The position numbers were made by a program, and so were the translations under genes. From assembly GCA_965223795.1 (NCBI GenBank), contig CBDCXL010000001.1, positions 224,001 to 288,000 of the forward strand: DNA of 64,000 nucleotides, read 5' to 3'. Origin of the DNA: Nitrospinales bacterium (GTDB taxonomy: Bacteria > Nitrospinota > Nitrospinia > Nitrospinales > VA-1). Each line of letters begins with the position of its first letter. The first letter of the stretch is position 1. The notes under the pieces were generated by a model. The model saw only the letters and a program-made list of their open reading frames with translations, did not search any database and was not told the DNA's origin. Shown here piece after piece: positions 54,925 to 64,000 of the stretch.

Positions 54925-56358
54925 TCATCGCTCCAGCAAGCCGAGAGGTTTGTCCATCCTCTTGCCTTCCAGATGCCAGTACCGGTTGAGGTCTTTTTGC
55001 ACGCAAGCCAGGATGCCTCCCTGAAGCCAGATGAAGCCGATCTCAAACCACCAGTAATGTGGAATATCCTGCGGCAGCAGCTTTCTCAATGCGCTCGATA
55101 TGAAAAAAAGAGTGATTATGGAAAGGACGGTGAACGATTTTTGCATTTTCTCATGCAAAAATGCCTTGACCATGCGCATCAGGTAAAACACGAAAGCCGT
55201 TTCAATGACTGCCAGAATCACAAGAAAAGGAGTCACTGCCCAGGTGCTGGAAGGACTGAGCCCCATGTATTTCAGAATCGATCCGAACAGTATGAATGGA
55301 ATGACGGTCAGGACGAAAAAGGCCAATGCCCGGATCTCGGGATTGACGTCGATGTTCTTGTAGTTTCTGAATTCCCGGTAAATCCGGTGAAACCAGAAAT
55401 AGATGTACAGGCCGAACGTCAGTCCATAGATCAGAAAAAACTGTTTTGCCGGCTGCCCACGGGGAGGCGCTTTGATGCGTTTGCGGAATTTCAGCCCGAT
55501 TTCCGCGCACAGCAGTTGCCGGGTCGATTTTTCTTCCCCGGTCGCGGTGTCTTTAAAGGTATCTTCCAGCTTCAGGACTCCCTTGGCGAACAGGTCGCGG
55601 ATGTCTTTCAGGAAATAAGGGCCCTTTGCTTTTTCATTGCGGATCAGGAAAAATTTCCGCAAGGAGGATTCGACGAACAGGGAATGCCGGGCCAGTTCTT
55701 TTTTGGCCCGCAGGCCCAGATAGATTCCCAGAACCAGGATGGCAAAAACCAGGTAGATCGCAACGGCTTCGTTGGAAAAAGCGGCGGTGTCGTACAGCCC
55801 GTGTAAAACGACCACCAGGGCCAGTCCGGCTGTCAGATTTGTGGCCGAATTGGCGCAAAATTTGGCTTTTCCCATGAAATAACCCAGGATCATCCCGTCG
55901 AACGCATGTCCCGGAACCGCAGTGAGCATCCGAATGATGGCCACTTCATAGCCGCCCGGCAACACATAAAGCAGGTTCTCGACAGTCGCGAACCCGCAGC
56001 CGGCAACCCCTCCGTAGACGATGCCGTCGAACGGTTCGCTGAATTCGCGGTGATCGTAAATAAATCCCTTTAGAAATAGAAACTTGCAAAGCTCCTCCGC
56101 CAGGGCCACTCCGAAAAAGGCGTAAAATGCCGTTTGCCACAGGGGGCGCGATTCGCTGGAAAACAATTCCTGCCAGCCGAAAAATTTGAGGAACTCGCCT
56201 TCAAAATAGTGGGAAGGGAAGCAGGCGAGCCCTCCCAGCAGGAAGCTCAACGCCACCATGCGTTTGGGTTCGGGTTCCCATTTATCGGAAAAATAGAGAT
56301 AGATTCCGATGGCGATTCCCGGTCCCGCAGCCAGGTACACTAATTTTAAGATCTCCAT
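54925..56358 (-). CDS. PrsW-family intramembrane metalloprotease with GYF_2-like and DUF4234-like C-terminal domains
   Basis: EELCK, GFATVEN, PGHA, HGLYD (PrsW). Then KGPYFLKDIRDLFAKGVL and LTFGLYIYFWFHR. Confidence 0.85.
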   Translation of the reverse strand: MEILKLVYLAAGPGIAIGIYLYFSDKWEPEPKRMVALSFLLGGLACFPSHYFEGEFLKFFGWQELFSSESRPLWQTAFYAFFGVALAEELCKFLFLKGFIYDHREFSEPFDGIVYGGVAGCGFATVENLLYVLPGGYEVAIIRMLTAVPGHAFDGMILGYFMGKAKFCANSATNLTAGLALVVVLHGLYDTAAFSNEAVAIYLVFAILVLGIYLGLRAKKELARHSLFVESSLRKFFLIRNEKAKGPYFLKDIRDLFAKGVLKLEDTFKDTATGEEKSTRQLLCAEIGLKFRKRIKAPPRGQPAKQFFLIYGLTFGLYIYFWFHRIYREFRNYKNIDVNPEIRALAFFVLTVIPFILFGSILKYMGLSPSSTWAVTPFLVILAVIETAFVFYLMRMVKAFLHEKMQKSFTVLSIITLFFISSALRKLLPQDIPHYWWFEIGFIWLQGGILACVQKDLNRYWHLEGKRMDKPLGLLER

Positions 56359-56540
56359 GCCTCATTGCCTTTAGAGAGCGTTTGGGCGAGGTTTGAGCTG
56401 ACGCGAGACCTTTGTATCACCTTTGACTGTATCTTTTTTGTCTTTTTGATGCGGCCGGGGATGCCGGAGGGATGGACGGCGGCCGGGAGGGACGCGCCCT
56501 GCATCTCATTTGGTGATGATGGCGGGGGGAAACGACGCGC

Positions 56541-56564
56541 GGGCCCGGCTTCAAAGCCGGGCCC
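56541..56564. terminator. GC-rich hairpin after the YVTN gene
   Basis: GGGCCCGGCTT-CA-AAGCCGGGCCC, 10 nt beyond the stop codon. No clear U-tract. Confidence 0.4.
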
Positions 56565-56574
56565 TGAATCGCGT

Positions 56575-57597
56575 TCACTCGCGGTAAGCCACGCCGTGCG
56601 TCTCCCCGTCCGTGTCCACCTTCGTCACCAGGCTCAGGTCGGCGGCCGAGACCACGGCCAGCTTGTTTTCATCGCGGATCGCCACGTAGACCGTCTTGCC
56701 GTCCGGGCTGATGGCCATCATGTCCGGGCGTTTGCCCATCGGCGCGGTCTTGACGATTTTGCGGCTCGCCGTGTCGATCTTGGCGATCTGGTTCAGCTTG
56801 CGCTGGCCCACAAAGACGGTCTTCCCGTCCGGGCTGTGCACCAGGCCGTGCGGCTCCCCCGGAACGTCCACGGACGCTTCCACCTCTCCGGTGCGCGGGT
56901 CCATCAGCAGCAGTTTGTCATCCTCCGGTGCGGTGAGCCAGAACAGGCCCCAGTCGTCGGTGGGCTTGATGGCCATGGCGGCTTTGGCTCCCTTCATGGT
57001 GCCGGTCACCGATTTGCTGTTCATGTCGATCACCGAGATCGTCGCGTCCCCGGCATTGACCACGTAAGCCTTGCGCCCGCCCGGTGAAAACACGGCGGTG
57101 ATGGCTTTGGGGCCGGTGGGCATGGTGTGCACCGCTTTTTTGGACGCCACGTCGATGAAGGTGACGTTGCCCGCGCCGACGTTGCAGGACAGGGCGGTCT
57201 TGCCGTCCGGGGACACGGCCACATCGTGGGCCTTGGTGTCCGCCACCACGTCCGCCAGTTTTTCTTTCGATTCGGCGTCGATGATGGTGATGCTGTTGGT
57301 GCCCATATTGGCGATGAACGCCAGCTTGCCGTCGGGGCTGAACGTGACGTTGTGGGCCCCGTCTCCGGTTGGGATGGTTTTGACGACCTGGTTGGAACCG
57401 GTGTCGATGACCTGCACGTTGGCGCCTTTCATGTTGGCGACCCAGACTTCGCCCGCGGCGCTCTCACCGGGCAGGAACGTCCCGGAAACGAACAGTGCGG
57501 CCAGTGTGTAAGCAGAAAACAGAAAGCGCCGCTGCCGCTTCGGGGCGCTCGACTTCAATTTGACGGGATTTGTGGTTTTGCTGGTATCCGGGTGCAT
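56575..57597 (-). CDS. Secreted YVTN/YncE-type beta-propeller protein
   Basis: Repeated SPDGK..(A/V)(Y/F)V..N..(I/V)ID blades. RBS GGAGG before ATG 57597. Confidence 0.88.
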   Translation of the reverse strand: MHPDTSKTTNPVKLKSSAPKRQRRFLFSAYTLAALFVSGTFLPGESAAGEVWVANMKGANVQVIDTGSNQVVKTIPTGDGAHNVTFSPDGKLAFIANMGTNSITIIDAESKEKLADVVADTKAHDVAVSPDGKTALSCNVGAGNVTFIDVASKKAVHTMPTGPKAITAVFSPGGRKAYVVNAGDATISVIDMNSKSVTGTMKGAKAAMAIKPTDDWGLFWLTAPEDDKLLLMDPRTGEVEASVDVPGEPHGLVHSPDGKTVFVGQRKLNQIAKIDTASRKIVKTAPMGKRPDMMAISPDGKTVYVAIRDENKLAVVSAADLSLVTKVDTDGETHGVAYRE

Positions 57598-57732
57598 GAC
57601 AGACCTCCAGGGATCGTGTGTCGTTCGTGGAAAGCATACGTCTCCCTCACCGGCGGCAGGCTGGCGGGCCGTTTCGGGAAAACACGGCGCTGTGTCCATG
57701 CGGGCCTCTAACCGGGGGGATGTTAAGGGCTC

Positions 57733-58377
57733 TTATTTTACCACGAACTGGGTGTAGGCGATATCCTGCACGGTGCCGACCCCGGTGGTCAGGGAGGCGT
57801 TGGCGGCGATCAGGATCTCCTTTTTGATGCGTTCCTCGATTTCCCCCTTGCGATAAAAATAATCGCTGGGTTTTTTGCGGGCGAGGATGTTGTAGATGTC
57901 TTCGCGGATGGAGGGCAGGACCTTGCGGACCTCCTCATCCAGGGCGTCGTTGCTCAGGATGAGATTGGGGGTCACGGTGATGAAGCGGCCGATTTCCCGG
58001 CCGTTGCTCTTCAAAGGCAGAAAAAAGGTCTTGAGCGGGAAGATGTGGACTTTGTCGAAATCCTTTTTGACGGTCTGGACTTCCGGAGGCGCTTCTTCTT
58101 CCAGGGCTTCCTCGGGCGGGGGCTTGTCGAGGAAGAAAAAATAGAACACGCCGCCGGACACGAGCAGCAGGGTCAAAACCGCCGCCCCGATGACGATCCA
58201 TTTCTTCTTGCCCGGCGCGGGCGCCTCCCCTTCTGCCCCGCCCTCAGCTTCGGCGTCTTCGGCTTGTTCCGGAGCCGCTTCCGCCTGCGCTTCGCCTCCC
58301 GCATCCAGAAGCCGTTCGAGCTCCTCCGCTTCTTCCTGGGCGGTGTCCTCTTTATCCAGTTCTTCGTCCTGGGCCAT
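57733..58377 (-). CDS. fliL: Flagellar basal body-associated FliL-family protein
   Basis: Acidic N-terminus, KKK + TM, PSIREDIYNIL, C-terminal YTQFVV. Confidence 0.75.
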   Translation of the reverse strand: MAQDEELDKEDTAQEEAEELERLLDAGGEAQAEAAPEQAEDAEAEGGAEGEAPAPGKKKWIVIGAAVLTLLLVSGGVFYFFFLDKPPPEEALEEEAPPEVQTVKKDFDKVHIFPLKTFFLPLKSNGREIGRFITVTPNLILSNDALDEEVRKVLPSIREDIYNILARKKPSDYFYRKGEIEERIKKEILIAANASLTTGVGTVQDIAYTQFVVK

Positions 58378-58457
58378 GGGGGTGACTTTCTATCGATTCA
58401 CGCAGTTGCAGGCAGGGAACCCGCTTCTTCCAGAGCGGGCCGCGACCGGCGCCGGTT

Positions 58458-59075
58458 TCAGTTGGCGGATTCGCTCAGGGTGCGCAGGGTTGAAAACAGG
58501 GATTGAGCCTGAGAACGCAGGGTCTCCAGTCCCGCATCGTTGTTAAGGACATAATCGGCACATTTTATTTTTTCTTCATCGCTCATCTGGGTGCGCATGC
58601 GCGCCACGACCTCGTCGCGGGTGAGCGCGCTCCGCTCGACCACGCGCCGGATGCGGGTTTCCTCGTCGCTGGTGACGACGACGACCTTGTCCATTTTTTT
58701 GTGGTTGCCCGATTCGATCAGCAGGGCCGCGTCCACGATCACCAGCGCGGCGGGGTTCTGCGCGCGCAGCCGGGCGTAGGTTCTCTGTTCCTCTTCGAAC
58801 ACCAGCGGGTGCAGGATGCCTTCCAGCACCTTTTTCTTTTCCGGGTCCTGAAACACGATGCGGGCCAGCTTGCCGCGGTCGAGGGTCTGATCTTCATGGA
58901 GGATTCCCGGTCCGAAGGCGTCGACGATTTTGAGCCAGCCGGGCTGCCCCGGCCGTTCCAGATCCTTCACGACCTGGTCGGCGTCGATCACATGCCCGCC
59001 CCATTCTTCGAACAGGGCGGCGACGGTGGTTTTACCGGAACCGATGCTGCCGGTGAGGCCTACGAGCAGTGCCAC
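58458..59075 (-). CDS. coaE: Dephospho-CoA kinase
   Basis: VGLTGSIGSGKTTV, IDAD, LDRGKL, LEGILHPLV, ADYVLNN. Confidence 0.96.
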   Translation of the reverse strand: MALLVGLTGSIGSGKTTVAALFEEWGGHVIDADQVVKDLERPGQPGWLKIVDAFGPGILHEDQTLDRGKLARIVFQDPEKKKVLEGILHPLVFEEEQRTYARLRAQNPAALVIVDAALLIESGNHKKMDKVVVVTSDEETRIRRVVERSALTRDEVVARMRTQMSDEEKIKCADYVLNNDAGLETLRSQAQSLFSTLRTLSESAN

Positions 59076-59103
59076 GCGGAGGGTCTCCTGTTGCGGGGGC
59101 GCG

Positions 59104-59961
59104 TCATCCCAGTTTTTCTAGCACGGCTTCGTGCAGGCGCATGATTTTGCGCGTGAGCGGGCCGGGCTGCCCGCCGCCCACGCTCTGGCCGTCGAGCCGC
59201 GTCACGGGCAGGACTTTTTTCAAGGTGCCGGTGAGGAACATCTCCTCGGCCTTTTCCAGCACCTCGGCGGGCCATTTGCCCTCTTCCACCGGGATGCCGT
59301 TTTCGGCGGCCAGCTCGAGGACGACTTCACGGGTGATCCCCTCGAGGATGCCGCATTCGATGGACGGCGTTTTGAGGCTTCCGTCCTGGACGAAGAAGAA
59401 ATTGCTGGTGGTGCATTCGGTGAGAAAGCCCCAGGGGCTGAGCATCAGGGCGTCTTTGGCGCCGAGCTTGCTGGCTTCCATCTTGGCGAGCACGTTGTTG
59501 AGGTAGTTTCCGGTCTTGATGCCGGGGTTCAGCGCCTCGCGCGGGTTGCGTTTGATGGAGACCACGGCGATCTCGATCCCCTTTTCGTAGTATTCCCGAG
59601 GATAGGTCTTCTGCGTGGTGACGTAAATCAGCACGTTGGGATGCTTGCACGTGGACGGGTCGATGTCGATCTCGCCGACGCCGCGGGTGACGACGATGCG
59701 GATGTAGGATTCCTCGTTGCCCGTGGCCTTGAGGGTTTTATCGATTTCCTGGTGAAACCGCTCCACGTCGTAGGGAAGCTCAAGGTGGATGGCGTCGGCG
59801 GAGTTTTTCAGGCGTTTCAGGTGCCGGTCGAGGAAACAGGGCTTGTTGTTGCGGGTGCACACCACCTCGTACACGCTGTCGCCGAACAGGAATCCATGAT
59901 CGTAGACGGAAATGTGCGGCTCTTCCTCGATCCGGCCGTTGAAATTGATTTTTGTGGTCAT
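59104..59961 (-). CDS. Class IV aminotransferase (branched-chain / D-amino acid type)
   Basis: DHGFLFGDSVYE, IKTGNYL, TECTTSNFF, ILEGITR. Confidence 0.9.
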   Translation of the reverse strand: MTTKINFNGRIEEEPHISVYDHGFLFGDSVYEVVCTRNNKPCFLDRHLKRLKNSADAIHLELPYDVERFHQEIDKTLKATGNEESYIRIVVTRGVGEIDIDPSTCKHPNVLIYVTTQKTYPREYYEKGIEIAVVSIKRNPREALNPGIKTGNYLNNVLAKMEASKLGAKDALMLSPWGFLTECTTSNFFFVQDGSLKTPSIECGILEGITREVVLELAAENGIPVEEGKWPAEVLEKAEEMFLTGTLKKVLPVTRLDGQSVGGGQPGPLTRKIMRLHEAVLEKLG

Positions 59962-60035
59962 CGTGACTGAATGCAAATGGGCGAATCGCGCCGGACTGGG
60001 GATGGATAGAAAATCCCGTTTGCGAAGGAGAGACC

Positions 60036-60725
60036 TTATTTTGAGTCGAGGGACAAAAGGATGTCGTTCAGCTTCCTTTTTTCCTTGCTGGTGTACGAGT
60101 CCTGCGGGGTTCCCTGCACTTCCACGTCCTCGTCATCGTCGATCTGGTCCTTGTTGCCGGTATCCATGTCCTGCGCCAGATTGCCGACGCCCTTGAGGTT
60201 GTCGAACTTTTTCTTGATGCCATCCAGGTCGAATTCGGGAAGCTTGTCCACGTAATCGTCCGCTTTCACCGTTTCCGCCACCGCCTCGGAGACCTTATGA
60301 AGATGCGGCGCGAGGGCGCTGTCGCTCAGGATCTTGCCCTGCAGATCGGGGAAGAACTTGAGCGGGAACATCAGGATCACCAGGATCAGCACGCCCTTGA
60401 TGAGTCCGAGCGCGCCGCCCATGACGCGGTCCAGCCCGGACAGACCGGAGTTGGAGCGCACCAGCTTTTTGATGCCTCTGCCGATGAGGGAAATCCCCAC
60501 GATGGACGCCAGGAAAATCATGCCGAAAGCGGCGACTTCCGCCACGGCGGCGCTGGGAATGACTTTGTCCAGCGTTTCGGCCACTTCTCCGCGGAAGCGT
60601 ATGGCGAGGACGAATCCGCCCACATAGGCCAGCAGGGAGAACAGTTCCTGCACCATTCCGCGTATGACGGAGTAGATCAGGCTGATTCCCAGAACGATGC
60701 AGAAAAAGGTGTCCAGTAGGCTCAT
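60036..60725 (-). CDS. cvpA: CvpA-family membrane protein
   Basis: LD..RGMVQELFSL, DRVMGGALGLIKG; acidic C-terminal extension. Confidence 0.85.
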   Translation of the reverse strand: MSLLDTFFCIVLGISLIYSVIRGMVQELFSLLAYVGGFVLAIRFRGEVAETLDKVIPSAAVAEVAAFGMIFLASIVGISLIGRGIKKLVRSNSGLSGLDRVMGGALGLIKGVLILVILMFPLKFFPDLQGKILSDSALAPHLHKVSEAVAETVKADDYVDKLPEFDLDGIKKKFDNLKGVGNLAQDMDTGNKDQIDDDEDVEVQGTPQDSYTSKEKRKLNDILLSLDSK

Positions 60726-60766
60726 GGAGGCGAAAATCCTTTCGATTGTACGGATTTTAAGTTATT

Positions 60767-63202
60767 TCAATCGAAGGAAATAGTCAATATCTCTTTTATT
60801 TGTTTGACTTTCTGGTTCACCTCGCCGCCGCCGTAGAGAGCGAGGTAGATGACGTGGTTTCTCAGTATTTTTTGCACGTAGTTGCGGGTTTCGTCGAACG
60901 GAATGCTTTCCATGAATTCGACGGGTTTGAGATGCCCCCGCAGGCGCACCCATTGTTTCACTTTATTGGGGCCGGCGTTGTAGCCCGCCAGGGTGTAGAC
61001 GATGTTCTGCTCGAAACGGGTCCACAGGTTGTGCAGGTAATCGACGCCGAGGTAAATATTGGTTTCGGGCTCCTTCAGTTCATCCACGGTCGGGATGTCC
61101 TGCTTGAGCGAGCGGGCCACCCACGCGGCGGTCTGCGGCATGAGCTGCATCAGGCCGACGGCGTTGGCGGGCGAGGTGATCTTGCGGTTGAAGGCGCTTT
61201 CCTGCCGCATGAGCGCCAGCACCAGAAACGGATCGAGCTGGTAATCCTTCAGGGCTTTGCGCAGCGGCTCGATGTAGGCCCTGGGGAACAGCACTTCCGC
61301 GAGCGAACGGGACAGGCTGCCGTTGCCGCCGTTGCCGGCGATTTCCCAGGACAGGCGGATGGAGTCCTGGTAGTTTTTGCCCATGTGGAACAGCTTGGCC
61401 AGGTAGAACAGAAAGGGCGGGTTGTCCCGGTTCACGGACAGGCGCGCCAGTTCATCCACGCCATGATCGAGAAAGCCCACGGCGATCAGCTTCTCGGCGC
61501 GCGTGAGCCGCTTGCGGTCGATGTCGCCCAGCCCGATGTAGCGCGACGCGATCTTCTGCGAGGGCTTGCCCATCACGTAATTGCGGATTTGTGCGCCGGG
61601 ATCGTCATGGCTGTAGATGGCGTAAAAATTAAACGGGTACTTTTCCGTGAGCAGCTTGACCCAGTGGCGCATTTTCTCGCGGTTGCCCGCCTCTTTTTCG
61701 GTCCGCGCCAGCCAGAACAGCGTCGCCGCCCTGCGCGGCCCCTTCTGCGGATAATGCGCGTCCAGCCGCCGGAAGGCATCGGTGGAAAAAAACTTCCAGA
61801 GTGTTTCGAACCCCGCGGCGGCGGCGCTCAGGTCCTGTTTGAGCCGCTGGATCCAGGGGATCTTGAACAGCGTGGCGACGGTGTAGGGCCCGTAATCGTA
61901 TTGCTCCATCAGCTGGCGGTAATACGCCAGCGCATCGCGGTAGCGTTTCTTGTCCTCGAAGATGCGCCCGAGAAAGTACAGCGCCTTGTGGCAGGCTTTG
62001 GTTTGCAGCGGATGCCGTTTCAGGATTTTCTTAAAAAACAGCGCCGCCTGATCGGAACGGCCCGACGACCACATGGAATGCGCCAGACTGTTGAGCCTGC
62101 CTGCGGGATACAGGTCGGTGATGTGATGAATGGTCGAATTGATGGCGTTCTTTTTGAGATAGGGCACGATGATGCGGTCGAGGCTTTCGGGAATGCCGCG
62201 GGCCTCCTGGATTCCGGGATAGTGCTTCAGCACTTCCAGGCCCAGCTTGAGGCTTTTCATGACATCGCTTTGGGTCAGCGAGCGGTGGAACTTGCGCACC
62301 GCTTCGTTTTCATAGGTGAGCTCTTTGGGTTTGCGGGCGATGGGTTTGGGGGCCGGGCCCGGCGGTTCATCGGAATCGCCGCTTTCAGGCGGAGCCAGCG
62401 CGGCGACGATGGTTTTTTTGTCCTTGAGATCGTGCTTCTTTAAAAATTCATCGACGGCTTCGCGGACTTCCGGGGGATGCGGCCGGTCGATCAGCGCGGC
62501 GAAGATATCGGCGGCGGTCTCCACCTCTCCCGCCGATTCGTAGGTTTTGGCGAGGGCGAGATGGACCCGCAGTTTGTGTTCCTTATTATCCGGAAATTCC
62601 CGCATCAAAGACCTTCGGTACGCCCGCCACGCGGCTTTGTAGTTGGAAAGCAGGTTGTGGGCGTTCCCCTGCAGCTCTTCGATTTCGGCGAGATACGCGG
62701 CCAGTTCGCCGTGGAAAGGGCTTTCCGGATAGGATTTGAACATGTGCAGGCGGATGCGCTCGGACTGGGTGAAATGGTCGACGGCCTCGGTGTACTTCTC
62801 CGCTTCCATTTTGAGCTTGCCCAGTTCTTTATACGAGATCGCCAGAAAGTGCCGCCGGAAATCCTCCAGGATGAAGTTGCCGTAGATGTTCTTTTTGAGA
62901 TAGCGGATCGCATCGGCGTGTTCGCCGCTCTGGGCGTGCATGAAACCGATGGCCAGGGCCAGGAGGTTCCGTTCCTCCCGCGACGCGGCGGATTTTCGCG
63001 CCGCCTCGTAATTTTTGATCCAGCGCGGCAGGTCTTCTTCTTTGAGAGCGCCCAGATCCACGATCTTGCCGTCCAGCAGCGGCAACGGCGCCGGAAACGG
63101 TTTGTGGGTGTTGAAAATGTCCAGGTTTTTTGCCGCGCAGGTGAACACGAGCAGGAAAGCGAGAAAGCTAACCCGTAAAAGAAGGAGAAGGCCGTGTTTC
63201 AT
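60767..63202 (-). CDS. slt: Slt-family lytic transglycosylase with TPR region
   Basis: ALMRQESAF, AVGLMQLMPQTA, AGYNAGP, ESIPFDETRNYV. Signal peptide from ATG 63202. Confidence 0.9.
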   Translation of the reverse strand: MKHGLLLLLRVSFLAFLLVFTCAAKNLDIFNTHKPFPAPLPLLDGKIVDLGALKEEDLPRWIKNYEAARKSAASREERNLLALAIGFMHAQSGEHADAIRYLKKNIYGNFILEDFRRHFLAISYKELGKLKMEAEKYTEAVDHFTQSERIRLHMFKSYPESPFHGELAAYLAEIEELQGNAHNLLSNYKAAWRAYRRSLMREFPDNKEHKLRVHLALAKTYESAGEVETAADIFAALIDRPHPPEVREAVDEFLKKHDLKDKKTIVAALAPPESGDSDEPPGPAPKPIARKPKELTYENEAVRKFHRSLTQSDVMKSLKLGLEVLKHYPGIQEARGIPESLDRIIVPYLKKNAINSTIHHITDLYPAGRLNSLAHSMWSSGRSDQAALFFKKILKRHPLQTKACHKALYFLGRIFEDKKRYRDALAYYRQLMEQYDYGPYTVATLFKIPWIQRLKQDLSAAAAGFETLWKFFSTDAFRRLDAHYPQKGPRRAATLFWLARTEKEAGNREKMRHWVKLLTEKYPFNFYAIYSHDDPGAQIRNYVMGKPSQKIASRYIGLGDIDRKRLTRAEKLIAVGFLDHGVDELARLSVNRDNPPFLFYLAKLFHMGKNYQDSIRLSWEIAGNGGNGSLSRSLAEVLFPRAYIEPLRKALKDYQLDPFLVLALMRQESAFNRKITSPANAVGLMQLMPQTAAWVARSLKQDIPTVDELKEPETNIYLGVDYLHNLWTRFEQNIVYTLAGYNAGPNKVKQWVRLRGHLKPVEFMESIPFDETRNYVQKILRNHVIYLALYGGGEVNQKVKQIKEILTISFD

Positions 63203-63259
63203 GGAAGACGTTCGATGGAGGTTTGGGAATCGTGCGTTTTGAACCTGTGACGGGTTCCT

Positions 63260-63393
63260 GCCGCCTTTCATCCCTCTGGGCGTGTCCGTTTGGGTCTGCT
63301 GAAGGGTGCCGTTGAGGAGCGGTTCCGCCGGGCCGGCGGATCCGGCTGAAGAGGACATGGCACCCCGAAAACGGAACACGGGCCCGAGGCGGC
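63260..63393 (-). ncRNA. Candidate structured RNA (long rod with internal bubble)
   Basis: Nested complementary pairs 63260-66/63387-93, 63281-91/63369-80, 63304-10/63359-65, 63324-30/63334-40. A TAGAAT -10-like box lies just upstream on the minus strand. Confidence 0.4.
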
Positions 63394-63460
63394 TTTCATT
63401 CTATCGCAAGTGATTGAAAAAAACCAGAGTCGGGATCGGACCGCGGGCGAGCCGGAAGGG

Positions 63461-63985
63461 TCAGGGTTTCTTGCCGAGACTGCGGCTCAGGTGCACGATG
63501 TAATCGTCCTCCGGCTGCGCGGCCGGACGGGAGTCGCTGCGCTGGAATTTGGCCTGGGGCGGCGCGTATTGCGGCGTTCCCGCTTCCATCGCGTTGGCGG
63601 GACCGACGATGACTTCCTCGCCGACGTTCCACTGCGATTTCGCGGCCGGGTCTTTCTCGATGGCGATGATGACGATTTCGTGGGTCTTGGAGTTCCAGCG
63701 CGAATTCTGCGTGCGGTTGTTCATCTGCCGGCGCTCCTGCCCTCCCTTGCGCTCGCGCTGCTGCTTGGGTTGCACAGCGTCGGCGCCCGGAGCCTGAGTC
63801 CGGCGGTCGCCGTGGCGCAGATCGCCGTTGCGCAGGATGATCCCCTTGCGCTTTTGCAGATGCTTCTGGAAGCCGGTTGCCGGTTCGCTGCCCGCAATGC
63901 GGTAAGCCGGTTTCGTCGAAACCAGACGGTCCACGGCTTTTTCGGGCTCGGTGACTTTGTTTCTATCAATACCGGCAACCAACAT
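63461..63985 (-). CDS. Hypothetical protein
   Basis: ATG with RBS AGGAG; 174 aa, Arg-rich DRR/ERK/ERR segment. Confidence 0.6.
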   Translation of the reverse strand: MLVAGIDRNKVTEPEKAVDRLVSTKPAYRIAGSEPATGFQKHLQKRKGIILRNGDLRHGDRRTQAPGADAVQPKQQRERKGGQERRQMNNRTQNSRWNSKTHEIVIIAIEKDPAAKSQWNVGEEVIVGPANAMEAGTPQYAPPQAKFQRSDSRPAAQPEDDYIVHLSRSLGKKP

Positions 63986-64000
63986 GACAGAACTCCTAAG

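Noticed and set aside
63203..63379. 59-aa N-terminal extension of Slt
   Set aside because: The signal peptide starts at ATG 63202, and the extension overlaps the structured region.

Overview
This is a GC-rich, gene-dense bacterial chromosome segment from a diderm organism; the gene set would fit a Nitrospina/Deltaproteobacteria-like lineage, which is inference only. Envelope and transport genes include a TolC/MacA pair, tamA with a frameshifted tamB, a split MacB-type ABC transporter, two lytic transglycosylases and a CpoB-like TPR protein. Metabolic and housekeeping genes include a pabB/pabC-like pair, bioF-esterase-bioC, pduO, coaE, nth, a class II DnaJ, a ferredoxin, and a pyrR-pyrB-pyrC-carA-(orf)-carB operon with a PyrR attenuator. 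Flagellum-associated genes (maf, FlgT-like, FlhB-C-like, FliK-like, fliL) are scattered across the window. There are three orphan histidine kinases and several visibly AT-richer islets. The most notable items are: (1) a DUF429 (RNase H-like nuclease fold)-GAF-histidine kinase fusion inside the biotin cluster; (2) a repeat-rich locus at 29.2-31.65 kb, where a ~1.2-kb cassette carrying a secreted 19-aa-repeat protein and a spacer-less 47-bp tandem array appears to split one copy of a short palindromic element; (3) a candidate ~135-nt rod-shaped structured RNA upstream of slt; (4) a di-haem DUF3365 plus collagen-like gene pair behind a Pho-box-like repeat; (5) an orphan Rap1a-type immunity gene. 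I saw no rRNA, tRNA, CRISPR array, transposase or integrase. All family calls are by motif recognition; no database searches were run.
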